A DNA stretch of 64,000 bases from Solirubrobacterales bacterium (GTDB lineage Bacteria; Actinomycetota; Thermoleophilia; Solirubrobacterales; 70-9): positions 629 to 64,628 of the forward strand of contig JBJMKO010000144.1 of the NCBI GenBank assembly GCA_045805805.1, written 5' to 3'. Both the position numbers and the translations under genes were made by a program. The first letter of the stretch is position 1; each line of letters starts with the position of its first letter. The notes below the pieces were generated by a model. The model was not told the origin of the DNA and ran no database searches. It saw only the letters and a list, made by a program, of their open reading frames with translations. Below, piece by piece: positions 43,932-52,373 of the stretch.

Positions 43932-44002
43932 GCGGCGGTAGCTCAACGGTAGAGCCTCAGCCTTCCAAGCTGATGACGCGAGTTCGATTCTCGTCCGCCG
44001 CT
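43932..44002 (+). tRNA. tRNA-Gly (anticodon UCC)
   Basis: GCGGCGGTAGCTCAACGGTAGAGCCTCAGCCTTCCAAGCTGATGACGCGAGTTCGATTCTCGTCCGCCGCT, anticodon loop CTTCCAA. Confidence 0.92.
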
Positions 44003-44007
44003 TTCTC

Positions 44008-44481
44008 TCAGCCTTGGGTCTCGACTGCGATCTGCCTTGCCGCCTCGGAGCCGAGGTAGGGGGTCAGGGCGAACTGGACCGCGTCGGGGACGAGGGCCGG
44101 CAGTTCTCCCGCCTTTCCCTGGTCGACGCGCTGGGCGACCAGCGTGGCTATGCCGCTGGCGATGGCGTACTCGAGAATCTCGGGCAGTAACGCGCCTTCT
44201 GGGCTTTCGGCGCGACCCGGAGCGAGCAAGCCCGCGGAGTAGTCGATGAGGCGGTTGTAGCGAGCGATCCCATCGCGCCCGTGGGCAAGGGCTTCGTTGG
44301 TGAGAAGGGTTGCCGCCGCCGGGTCCCCGGCGGCGAACTCGAAGCCGGCGCGAATCGCAGCGGCTACCTGGGCCGGCCAGGCAACTCGGGAAACATAGGC
44401 TTCTTCGACTACCACCTGGAGGCGAGCGAAGGCGGCCTCGAAGGCGCGGGGAAAATCGTCCTGTGGGGAGCTTTTTGACAC
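44008..44481 (-). CDS. TetR C-terminal-domain-only paralogue (no HTH)
   Basis: 157 aa that aligns by eye to the ligand-binding halves of the three downstream TetR proteins (shared ending LP.L.PD..F..L.PYLG...A). It lacks the roughly 55-aa N-terminal HTH. Confidence 0.55.
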   Translation of the reverse strand: MSKSSPQDDFPRAFEAAFARLQVVVEEAYVSRVAWPAQVAAAIRAGFEFAAGDPAAATLLTNEALAHGRDGIARYNRLIDYSAGLLAPGRAESPEGALLPEILEYAIASGIATLVAQRVDQGKAGELPALVPDAVQFALTPYLGSEAARQIAVETQG

Positions 44482-44598
44482 CTGGCCTGCCTGACCGAGC
44501 TTTTGCGCAGGCAGGCGAGCCGCCGTGACCGCCCCCTCTGGCGCAAAGCCAGTACGAGCGGGACTATAAACATCAATGTCTAGGAATGCTGCGGGCCG

Positions 44599-45252
44599 CT
44601 AAGTGGCCTGCATGGCACGCCGCATCTCTTCGGTCGCCGCCGCCGGGCCGATGAAGGGGACGAGCATCGCGAAGAGCAGGTCCGGCATCAGCGAGGGAAG
44701 TTGCGCCGTGCGCCCCGCCACCAGCTCGTCGAAGATCAAGCCGGAGACGGCGCCAGTGGCCATCACCGAGATGTGCTTGGGAAGCTCACCGTCGGGGTCG
44801 AGCTCCTCCCGCCCATCCTCGAGGTACCCGGTGAAGCGGGCGACGGCGTCCCAGTGGCGCCGGCGAGCCTCGGCCCCGGCAACCGCCACCTCGACGACAG
44901 CGGTCCGTGCCAGCTCGGGCTCGCGGGCGAAGATGCCGATCAGGGTCGCCAGTCCCTTGCGTACCCGCGAGAGCCAGGGCTGCTCGCCGTCGCACTCGGC
45001 GACCACGGTGGCGAAGACGCGCTCGACCAGCATGTCGTAGGCGGACAGGAAACAGTCGTGCTTATCGTCGAAGTGCTTGTAGAACGTCGTCCGGGAGGTG
45101 TCGGCCTCCTCGATCACGTCGGCGACGGAAGTCGCCTCATAGCCCTTGCGGCCGACGACGCGGACCATCGCTTCGAGGAGGCTGTCGCGGCGGGTTTCGG
45201 TTGTGGCTGCCATACGGGAGGTGAGTTGGAAACGTGGTTGTCTTTCCATCAT
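44599..45252 (-). CDS. TetR-family transcriptional regulator
   Basis: HTH RRDSLLEAMVRVVGRKGYEATSVADVIEEADTSRTTFYKHFDDK. The start may be ATG 45213. Confidence 0.85.
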   Translation of the reverse strand: MMERQPRFQLTSRMAATTETRRDSLLEAMVRVVGRKGYEATSVADVIEEADTSRTTFYKHFDDKHDCFLSAYDMLVERVFATVVAECDGEQPWLSRVRKGLATLIGIFAREPELARTAVVEVAVAGAEARRRHWDAVARFTGYLEDGREELDPDGELPKHISVMATGAVSGLIFDELVAGRTAQLPSLMPDLLFAMLVPFIGPAAATEEMRRAMQAT

Positions 45253-45274
45253 AGCGCCTTATGTACAAGCCCGT

Positions 45275-45946
45275 TTATCTCTTCCCCGCTGCCTCGGCGG
45301 CGGCCGCGGGCCCGAGATAGGGGACGAGGGTGGCGAAGAGGATCTCCGGAAGCATCTCGGGGAGCCGGTCGGCGCGCCCCGCCTCAATCTCTTCGGAGAC
45401 GAGGCCGGTGACGGCGCCGACCGCCATCCGCGAAGTGTTCGCAGGCAGCCTGCGACCGCCGGGAGCGAAATCGCGCCCCTCCTCGAAGAACGGGGTCATC
45501 CGCTGTAGGGCCGCCCGGTAGCGACGCTGCGCCTGTGGCCCGGCCGAGCCGACGTCGACCAGGGCCATGCGGGCGATCTGAGGCTCCCCCGCGAGCGACT
45601 CCAGCAGCGCCGCCAGGCCTGCTCGCACGCGGTCCGGCCAGGCTTCCTGTGTTTCGAACGCGGCGGCGATCCGCCGCGCCAGGACGTCGGCGGCGGTGTC
45701 ATAGGCAGCGAGGAAGCAGGCTTCCTTGTCGTCGAAGTGCTCATAGAAGGTGGTGCGGGAGACGCCCGCCTCCTTGGTCAGGTCGGCAACCGTCGTGGCC
45801 CCATAGCCCTTCTCGGCGACGACGTTTACGGCCGCGTCGAGCAGGCGATCGTGCTGGGAGCGAGCGATTACCTCGGGGGGCAGGCGATGGCGGCCGCGGG
45901 GCGGCCGCCAGTGCTCGCGTCTTGGGCGCCGCGCTTGAGCGCCCAA
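45275..45946 (-). CDS. TetR-family transcriptional regulator
   Basis: HTH RLLDAAVNVVAEKGYGATTVADLTKEAGVSRTTFYEHFDDK. TTG start 2 nt after the upstream stop. Confidence 0.85.
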   Translation of the reverse strand: MGAQARRPRREHWRPPRGRHRLPPEVIARSQHDRLLDAAVNVVAEKGYGATTVADLTKEAGVSRTTFYEHFDDKEACFLAAYDTAADVLARRIAAAFETQEAWPDRVRAGLAALLESLAGEPQIARMALVDVGSAGPQAQRRYRAALQRMTPFFEEGRDFAPGGRRLPANTSRMAVGAVTGLVSEEIEAGRADRLPEMLPEILFATLVPYLGPAAAAEAAGKR

Positions 45947-45947
45947 C

Positions 45948-46685
45948 TCAGCCGTCCGCCGCAGGGCGTTCCCTCTCGGCCTCGCGGGCTTGGCGCAGCG
46001 CCTCCTCTTGGCCGAGGTACGGAACGGTCGTTATGTAGACGATGTCGGGCAGCAGCTCCGGCAGCCGGGTGGCATTGCCGGTGAGGATCTGGCCGACGAT
46101 CAGCGACTCGGCGGCGGAGAGCGCGGCGCGGGCGGCGCTGGAGGGGATTGCCTCCTCCTCGAGCGGGTCGTCGCGACCACGTTCGAGCAGAGCCTGAAGG
46201 ACGCGCTTACCGGAGGCGTAGAGCTGGAAGGCACGCTCGCCCGAGGAGGGCGCCTCGATCATCGCCATGCGGGCGAAGGCGGGCCGGCTCGCCAGCAGTT
46301 CGAGGAAGGCGGCTGTCCCTTCGCGGACCATCGTCACCCACGGCTTGTCGGGCGAGTAGACCGCGACCATCGTGCCCATCGCGTCGGCAAGGGAGAGCTC
46401 CATCGCGGCGTGGAAGCAATCCTCCTTGTCCTTGAAGAGCTCATAGAAGGTGGCACGGGACACCCCGGCGAGGGTGCAGATGTCGGCGATCGTGGTGGCT
46501 CCGTAGCCTTTCTCGGCGGAGCTTTTCGCCATCGCGGCGAGGATGCGTTCGCGCTGGGAATGGGCGATGGGCGGCTCGGGAAGCCCCTCGCGCCCGGCCG
46601 GCAGGCGCTCCTGCTCGATCAGGTCGCTGAGATCCACGGGGCGGGAGACGGACGCGTTGCCATTGGGCGAGGAGGCGGGAGGCAT
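45948..46685 (-). CDS. TetR-family transcriptional regulator
   Basis: HTH RILAAMAKSSAEKGYGATTIADICTLAGVSRATFYELFKDK. Confidence 0.85.
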   Translation of the reverse strand: MPPASSPNGNASVSRPVDLSDLIEQERLPAGREGLPEPPIAHSQRERILAAMAKSSAEKGYGATTIADICTLAGVSRATFYELFKDKEDCFHAAMELSLADAMGTMVAVYSPDKPWVTMVREGTAAFLELLASRPAFARMAMIEAPSSGERAFQLYASGKRVLQALLERGRDDPLEEEAIPSSAARAALSAAESLIVGQILTGNATRLPELLPDIVYITTVPYLGQEEALRQAREAERERPAADG

Positions 46686-46834
46686 AAGCTGCTCCTAAGG
46701 CAGACAGCGGTGTTTAAGGTAAACGCGATTGTACACCCCCAGGCCGGGCTGTGTGGACGGCTCCGTACCGGACCGATACAGCGATATCGAGACCCCGGGC
46801 TCACGCCCGTGAAGCGGCGCTTGCGAGCTTGAAG

Positions 46835-46908
46835 CGGGGCAGCCAGGACTCGAACCTGGAATCGCCGGTTTTGGAGACCGGTGCCTTAGCCAGTTGGGCC
46901 ACTGCCCC
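46835..46908 (-). tRNA. tRNA-Trp (anticodon CCA)
   Basis: Reverse complement GGGGCAGTGGCCCAACTGGCTAAGGCACCGGTCTCCAAAACCGGCGATTCCAGGTTCGAGTCCTGGCTGCCCCG, anticodon loop CTCCAAA. Confidence 0.9.
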
Positions 46909-46973
46909 GAGGAAGCCATGCTAACCGGGCCGTCGCGCAGATCGCGCTCCGGCGAGCCGGCTGGAAATCATGA

Positions 46974-47057
46974 TGCGGGCGGAGGGACTTGAACCCCCAC
47001 GGGCCGAAGCCCACCAGGACCTAAACCTGGCGCGTATGCCAATTCCGCCACGCCCGC
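46974..47057 (-). tRNA. tRNA-Leu (anticodon UAG)
   Basis: Reverse complement GCGGGCGTGGCGGAATTGGCATACGCGCCAGGTTTAGGTCCTGGTGGGCTTCGGCCCGTGGGGGTTCAAGTCCCTCCGCCCGCA. Long variable arm. Confidence 0.9.
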
Positions 47058-47125
47058 GTGGCTGCTCTTCGAACTTAACGCGCGACCAATGCCGCGTCGT
47101 CGCTCTTAGATTCTATGATCGTCGC

Positions 47126-47656
47126 GTGGCGGTTGGAGAGGTCAGGCCCGGGTATGAGCTTTGGCGGCCGAATCGGGAGAAGGCCGAGTCGATCACGACC
47201 AAGTTCGTGCTCGTCTTCCTGCTCGCGGCGACGGCGGCAATCGCGGGCTTGGTGACGATCACCGGCTTCTCCCTGATGACCGGCGGCAGCGGCATGGGAA
47301 TCATCTGCCTGATCTTCGCCCTGCTGTACGCCTTCTTTGCCTTCCTCGTCGCCCGCTGGAGCCGCGGCATTCTGCCCGTCGCCGCCGCCCTCTCGATGAT
47401 CCTGGCGATTCTCTGCGCGGTCGGCGCCGACAGCTGGTTCGCCCGCGACAAGGCCGGCTTCGAAGACGCGCTGATCCCGGTGACGCTGATCGGCCTGCTG
47501 GTCGTGATCCTGGCGATCCTGCAGCTGATCCTGATCGCGTTCGCCCTCTACGGCTTCAACCAGAACTGGCACGTGGAGGAGGAGCGCCCGATCGGCTCCG
47601 GTGAGGACTACGGCGCCGGCGCCTCGCCCGACGACGGCGCCCCGCTGCCCGCCTGA
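47126..47656 (+). CDS. hypothetical integral membrane protein
   Basis: The GTG start at 47126 was chosen because the longer ORF overlaps the tRNA-Leu antisense strand. Four TM helices with an acidic C-terminal tail. Confidence 0.55.
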   Translation: MAVGEVRPGYELWRPNREKAESITTKFVLVFLLAATAAIAGLVTITGFSLMTGGSGMGIICLIFALLYAFFAFLVARWSRGILPVAAALSMILAILCAVGADSWFARDKAGFEDALIPVTLIGLLVVILAILQLILIAFALYGFNQNWHVEEERPIGSGEDYGAGASPDDGAPLPA

Positions 47657-47685
47657 TCGCTGCGCCGCTCTCGTCGCTTCGCCGA

Positions 47686-47768
47686 TGCCGGAGGCGGGAG
47701 TCGAACCCGCACGCCCTTGCGAGCAATTGATTTTGAATCAATCGTGTCTACCGTTCCACCACTCCGGC
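47686..47768 (-). tRNA. tRNA-Leu (anticodon CAA)
   Basis: Reverse complement GCCGGAGTGGTGGAACGGTAGACACGATTGATTCAAAATCAATTGCTCGCAAGGGCGTGCGGGTTCGACTCCCGCCTCCGGCA. Confidence 0.9.
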
Positions 47769-47851
47769 GCCACCCAGACGATAGACGGAATGCGAGCGGA
47801 GATCCTGACCGTCTGCCGACCTGCCGGCCCGGAATAGACTGCTGCTGCGGC

Positions 47852-48685
47852 ATGCGCATCCATCACCTCAACTGCGGGACGCTGTGCCCCCATGGCGCGC
47901 GGATGATCAACGGCAAAGGCGGCCTCTTCGAAGCGGGCAGGGTCGTCTGCCATTGCCTGCTGATCGAGACCGATGACGGCCTGGTCCTCCTCGATACCGG
48001 TTTCGGCACCGAGGACACGCGCAATCCGCGCCGGCTTGGGCTTTTCTTCGCGATGATGCGCCCGCGGGCCGAGATCGGCGAGACCGCCTTGAAGCAAGTC
48101 GAAGGCCTCGGCTTCGCGGCCGGCGATGTTCGCCAAATCGTCACCACCCACCTCGATCCCGATCACTCCGGGGGCCTGCCCGACTTCCCCCAGGCCGAGG
48201 TGCACGTCTTCGGGCGGGAGCTCGACGCGGCGATGGACCCACGCCTACGCGATCGCCCCCGCTACCTCGCCGCACATTGGGAGCACAACCCCCAATGGGT
48301 CCGGCACGACGGCGAAGGCGACGAGTGGTTCGGCTTTGGCGGCGTGCGGATCCTGCCCGACCTCGGCACCGAGGTGCTGCTGATACCGCTGGCGGGACAC
48401 TCCCTGGGGCACACCGGCGTGGCAATCAAGACCGGCGACGGCTGGCTCCTGCACTGCGGCGACGCCTACTTCCACCACGACGAGATCGCCTCTTCCCCTG
48501 CCTGCCCGCCCGGCCTGCGCTTCTTCCAGCTGCTCAATGCCGCCGACGGCAAGCGGCGCAAGGCAAACCAGGAGCGGCTTCGCGAGCTCGTCGCGCGACA
48601 TGGCGAAGAGGTGCATCTGCTCTGCTCGCACGACCCGCACGAGCTGGATTTGGCGCAAGCGGCAAGCACCGCGACCGCGGCGTGA
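47852..48685 (+). CDS. MBL-fold metallo-hydrolase
   Basis: From ATG 47852: MRIHHLNCGTLCP. Metal motif THLDPDHSG, later GHSLGH. Confidence 0.85.
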   Translation: MRIHHLNCGTLCPHGARMINGKGGLFEAGRVVCHCLLIETDDGLVLLDTGFGTEDTRNPRRLGLFFAMMRPRAEIGETALKQVEGLGFAAGDVRQIVTTHLDPDHSGGLPDFPQAEVHVFGRELDAAMDPRLRDRPRYLAAHWEHNPQWVRHDGEGDEWFGFGGVRILPDLGTEVLLIPLAGHSLGHTGVAIKTGDGWLLHCGDAYFHHDEIASSPACPPGLRFFQLLNAADGKRRKANQERLRELVARHGEEVHLLCSHDPHELDLAQAASTATAA

Positions 48686-50661
48686 GCACCGGGACCCCCG
48701 AGAAGCTCTGGGAACCCTCCGCGGAGCTGGTCGAGCGCTCGCGCCTGCGCGAGTACATGCGCTGGCTCGAAGCCGAGCGCGGGCTGAAGCTCGATGACTA
48801 TGAGGCCCTGTGGCGCTGGTCGGTGTCCGACCTCGACGGCTTCTGGTCCTCGATCTGGGACTTCTTCGGCGTCCAGGCCGACGGCGGCTACGAGCGGGTG
48901 CTCGGCAGCCGCGAGATGCCCGGCGCGGAGTGGTTCGCCGGCACCAGCCTCAACTACACCGAGCACGTCTTCGCCGGTAAGGAGGACGGCACCGAGGCGG
49001 CGATCCTGCACGCCTCGGAGCTGCGCGAGCTCGGCGAGCTGAGCTGGGGCGAGCTGCGTGCCCAGGTGGCCGCGACCGCGGCCGGGCTGCGCGCGCTCGG
49101 GGTCGAGCGCGGCGACCGCGTCGTCGCTTACATGCCCAACATCCCCGAGGCGATCGTCGCCTTCCTCGCCACCGCGAGCATCGGCGCGGTCTGGTCGAGT
49201 TGCTCGCCCGACTTCGGCCCGGCGAGCGTGATCGACCGCTTCGCCCAGATCGAGCCCAAGGTGCTCTTCGCGGTCGACGGCTACCGCTATGGCGGCAAGG
49301 ACTTCGACCGGCGCGAGACGCTTGCCCAGCTGCAGGCGGCGATACCAAGCCTGGTGCGCACGGTCGTCCTCCCCTACCTCGACGCCGAGCCAGATCTCAC
49401 CGGGCTGCGCGACGCGATGCGCTGGGAGGAGCTGCTCGTCGACGGCGAAGGAGCCGACCTGACATTCGAGCGCGTCCCCTTTGACCACCCGCTCTGGGTG
49501 CTCTACTCCTCCGGGACGACTGGCCTGCCGAAGGCGATCGTGCAGTCGCAGGGCGGCATCCTGCTCGAGCACCTGAAGAAGCTCCACCTCCACGTCGACG
49601 CCCATCCCGGCGACCGCCTCTTCTGGTTCACCACGACGGGCTGGATGATGTGGAACTTCCTCGTCTCCGGCCTGCTGACCCGGGCCGCGATCGTCCTCTA
49701 CGACGGCAATCCCGGCCACCCGGGCATGGGCGTGCTCTGGGACCTCGCCGAGCGCGCCGGGGTGACGATGTTCGGCACCAGCGCCTCCTACATCGCCGCC
49801 TGCATGAAGGCGGGCGCCGAGCTCGGGGGCGGCCGCGACCTCAGCCGCCTGAAAGCGGTCGGATCGACCGGCTCCCCCCTCTCCCCCGAGGGCTTCGACT
49901 GGATCTACGAGCACCTCGGTGCCGACACCTGGCTCTTCTCCACCAGCGGCGGAACCGACCTCTGCACCGCTTTTGTCGGCGGCGTCGCCCTATTGCCGGT
50001 CTACCGCGGCGAGCTGCAGGGACGCGCCCTCGGCGCCGCGGTCGAGGCCTGGGACGAGGACGGCAACTCGGTGATCGACGAGGTCGGCGAGCTGGTCGTC
50101 ACCGAGCCGATGCCCTCGATGCCCATCCGCTTCTGGGGGGACGACGACGGCAGTCGTTACCGGGCGAGCTACTTCGAGCACTACCCCGGCGTCTGGCGCC
50201 ACGGCGATTGGATCGAAATCACTTCGCGCGACACCGCCGTCATCTACGGCCGCTCGGACTCGACGATCAACCGCTCGGGCATCCGCATGGGAACGAGCGA
50301 GATCTACCGCGCCGTGCTCGGCCTGAACGAGATCATCGACGCGCTCGTCGTCGACGTCCCCCGCCCGGGAACAGAGGGCTGGATGCCGCTCTTCGTCGTC
50401 CTCCGCGAGGGCGCCGAGCTCAACGACGACCTGCGCAAGGAGATAGCCCGCCGCGTCCGCAGCCAGTGCTCCCCCCGCCACGTCCCCGACGAGGTCTTCC
50501 AGATCACTGAAGTCCCACGCACCCTCAGCGGCAAGGTCCTTGAGGTGCCAGTCAAGCGAATCCTGACGGGCACACCACCGGAGCAGGCCGCAAGCCGCGA
50601 CTCGCTTACCAACCCAGCCTCCCTCGACTACTTCGTCGACCTGGCCGCCTCGCTCGACTAG
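48682..50661 (+). CDS. acetoacetate-CoA ligase (acetoacetyl-CoA synthetase)
   Basis: GTG 48682 overlaps the MBL gene stop (GTGA). LWEPSAELVERSRLREYMRWLE is a typical acetoacetyl-CoA synthetase N-terminus. AMP-binding motif YSSGTTGLPKAI. Confidence 0.9.
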   Translation: MSTGTPEKLWEPSAELVERSRLREYMRWLEAERGLKLDDYEALWRWSVSDLDGFWSSIWDFFGVQADGGYERVLGSREMPGAEWFAGTSLNYTEHVFAGKEDGTEAAILHASELRELGELSWGELRAQVAATAAGLRALGVERGDRVVAYMPNIPEAIVAFLATASIGAVWSSCSPDFGPASVIDRFAQIEPKVLFAVDGYRYGGKDFDRRETLAQLQAAIPSLVRTVVLPYLDAEPDLTGLRDAMRWEELLVDGEGADLTFERVPFDHPLWVLYSSGTTGLPKAIVQSQGGILLEHLKKLHLHVDAHPGDRLFWFTTTGWMMWNFLVSGLLTRAAIVLYDGNPGHPGMGVLWDLAERAGVTMFGTSASYIAACMKAGAELGGGRDLSRLKAVGSTGSPLSPEGFDWIYEHLGADTWLFSTSGGTDLCTAFVGGVALLPVYRGELQGRALGAAVEAWDEDGNSVIDEVGELVVTEPMPSMPIRFWGDDDGSRYRASYFEHYPGVWRHGDWIEITSRDTAVIYGRSDSTINRSGIRMGTSEIYRAVLGLNEIIDALVVDVPRPGTEGWMPLFVVLREGAELNDDLRKEIARRVRSQCSPRHVPDEVFQITEVPRTLSGKVLEVPVKRILTGTPPEQAASRDSLTNPASLDYFVDLAASLD

Positions 50662-50775
50662 AGCCCATCCCGGTAGGGGTGGAGCGTCTTGTACTTTTTC
50701 GCGAGCGCGGTTCGAGCGCCAGCAATCCCCGCTCCTCGAAAAAGTTAAGCGGAACCCCTACCGGGATGGGCTCTA
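50659..50775. repeat. family-1 nested-hairpin repeat, copy 5 (forward orientation)
   Basis: Perfect 22-bp arms TAGAGCCCATCCCGGTAGGGGT (50659-50680) and ACCCCTACCGGGATGGGCTCTA (50754-50775), with the full core. Both flanking stop codons lie in the arm tips. Confidence 0.92.
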
Positions 50776-52293
50776 CGCCGGAGTAACCGGATTACGCCGC
50801 TCGGCGAACGCCCGGCCCTTGCTCGCCGCCATCGCGAAGCGCTTGATCAGGTCATCGCGCAGGTCGGTTGGCTCGACGACCGCGTCGACGACCAGCTCCG
50901 AGGCGAGGTGGAGGATGTCGATGTCCTCGGCGTATTCCTCGCGCTTGGCGGCGACGAACGCCTCGCGCTCAGCCTCGTCCTCAATTGCCTGGATCTGGTT
51001 GTAGAAGACGGCATTGATCGCCGCCTGTGGACCCATCACCGCGATCGAGGCGCTGGGCAGGGCGATGCAGCAGTCCGGCTCGAAAGCAGGACCGGCCATC
51101 GCGTAGAGGCCGGCGCCGTAGGCCTTGCGGACGACCACCGAGATCTTCGGCACGGTCGCTTCGGAGACGGCGCTGATCATCTTCGCCCCGTGGCGGATGA
51201 TCCCCTGGCGCTCGACCGCGGTGCCGATCATGAAGCCCGGCACGTCGGCGAGGAAAAGCAAGGGGACATTGAAGGCATTGCAGGTCTGGATGAAGCGGGC
51301 CGCCTTGTCGGCGGAGTCGACGAAGAGGACGCCGCCGGTGTGCTTGGGCTGGTTGGCGACGATTCCGATCGCGCGCCCGTCGAGGCGTCCGTAGCCGACG
51401 ATCAGCTCCTTCGCCCAGCGCTTGTGGACCGCCAGGAAGCTGTCGGCGTCCAGCAACGAGTCGAGTAGCTGCTGCATGTCGAAGGGTTGGTTCTCGTCGG
51501 AAGGCAGGATCTCGGCGATCGAAGTGTCCGATGCCGGCTCGGCGACCGGCGCGGCGGGTGGTTCCTCTCGCCAGTTGCCCGGCATGAAGGAGAGGTAGCG
51601 CTTGGCCAGGTCGATCGCCTCCTCGTCGGACTTGACGAGGAAATGGCCGCAGCCGGAGACGCCGGTGTGCATCTTGGCCCCGCCCATCTCCTCCAGGCTG
51701 ACCTTCTCGCCGATCACCATCTCGGCCATCCGCGGCGACCCCAGGTACATCGAGGCGTTGCCGTCGCGCATGATCACCGCGTCGCAGAAAGCCGGGATGT
51801 AGGCGCCGCCGGCTGCGCTGGGGCCGAAGAGCAGGCAGACCTGCGGCACCTGGCCGGAAAGCCGCACCTCGTTGTGGAAGATCCGCCCGGCGCCACGGCG
51901 CCCGGGAAACATCTGCACCTGGTCGGTGATCCGCGCCCCGGCCGAGTCGACCAGGTACAGGATTGGGATCCGCAGGGAGAGCGCCCGTTCCTGGATGCGA
52001 AGGATCTTCTCGACGGTCTTCGGGCCCCATGAGCCGGCCTTGACGGTCGGATCGTTGGCCATCAGAGCGGCGCGGCGGCCATCGATCCTCGCCAGGCCGG
52101 TTACGACGCCATCGGCCCCCAGTCCCTCCTCGTCCCAGTTCGCCAGTGCCGCCTCCTCGGCGAAGGAGCCGGGGTCGACGAGCCGCGCGACCCGCTCGCG
52201 CACCGGCAGCTTGCCCTGCTCCGCGGTCTTCTCGTGATGGCGCTGCGGGCCCCCCGCGAGAGCCGCCTTGAGCGCCTTCTGGAAGTCGGACAT
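50773..52293 (-). CDS. acyl-CoA carboxylase carboxyltransferase (beta) subunit, methylcrotonyl-/propionyl-CoA type
   Basis: 506 aa with tandem crotonase-like carboxyltransferase domains (ANDPTVKAGSWGP, GPSAAGGAYIPA, VRKAYGAGLYAM). Confidence 0.9.
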   Translation of the reverse strand: MSDFQKALKAALAGGPQRHHEKTAEQGKLPVRERVARLVDPGSFAEEAALANWDEEGLGADGVVTGLARIDGRRAALMANDPTVKAGSWGPKTVEKILRIQERALSLRIPILYLVDSAGARITDQVQMFPGRRGAGRIFHNEVRLSGQVPQVCLLFGPSAAGGAYIPAFCDAVIMRDGNASMYLGSPRMAEMVIGEKVSLEEMGGAKMHTGVSGCGHFLVKSDEEAIDLAKRYLSFMPGNWREEPPAAPVAEPASDTSIAEILPSDENQPFDMQQLLDSLLDADSFLAVHKRWAKELIVGYGRLDGRAIGIVANQPKHTGGVLFVDSADKAARFIQTCNAFNVPLLFLADVPGFMIGTAVERQGIIRHGAKMISAVSEATVPKISVVVRKAYGAGLYAMAGPAFEPDCCIALPSASIAVMGPQAAINAVFYNQIQAIEDEAEREAFVAAKREEYAEDIDILHLASELVVDAVVEPTDLRDDLIKRFAMAASKGRAFAERRNPVTPA

Positions 52294-52318
52294 GGCTGCG
52301 GAGCCTATTCGGCTATGT

Positions 52319-52367
52319 GCTGACTTCGTCTTTCGTTCCGCTATCCGGAACTAAACACGAACTCAGC
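52319..52367. repeat. family-2 palindromic repeat, copy C
   Basis: GCTGACTTCGTCTTTCGTTCCGCTATCCGGAACTAAACACGAACTCAGC. Same termini as copy A, with an inner perfect GTTCCG/CGGAAC stem. Confidence 0.7.
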
Positions 52368-52373
52368 CGTGGG

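Noticed and set aside
42847-44481. TetR N-terminal fragment (42847-42940, +) and HTH-less TetR ORF (44008-44481, -) as two halves of one gene split by the hicAB insertion
   Set aside because: They are on opposite strands. About 25 residues of the HTH would still be missing, and two tRNA genes lie between them. An inversion plus a deletion would be needed, and nothing in the sequence supports that.
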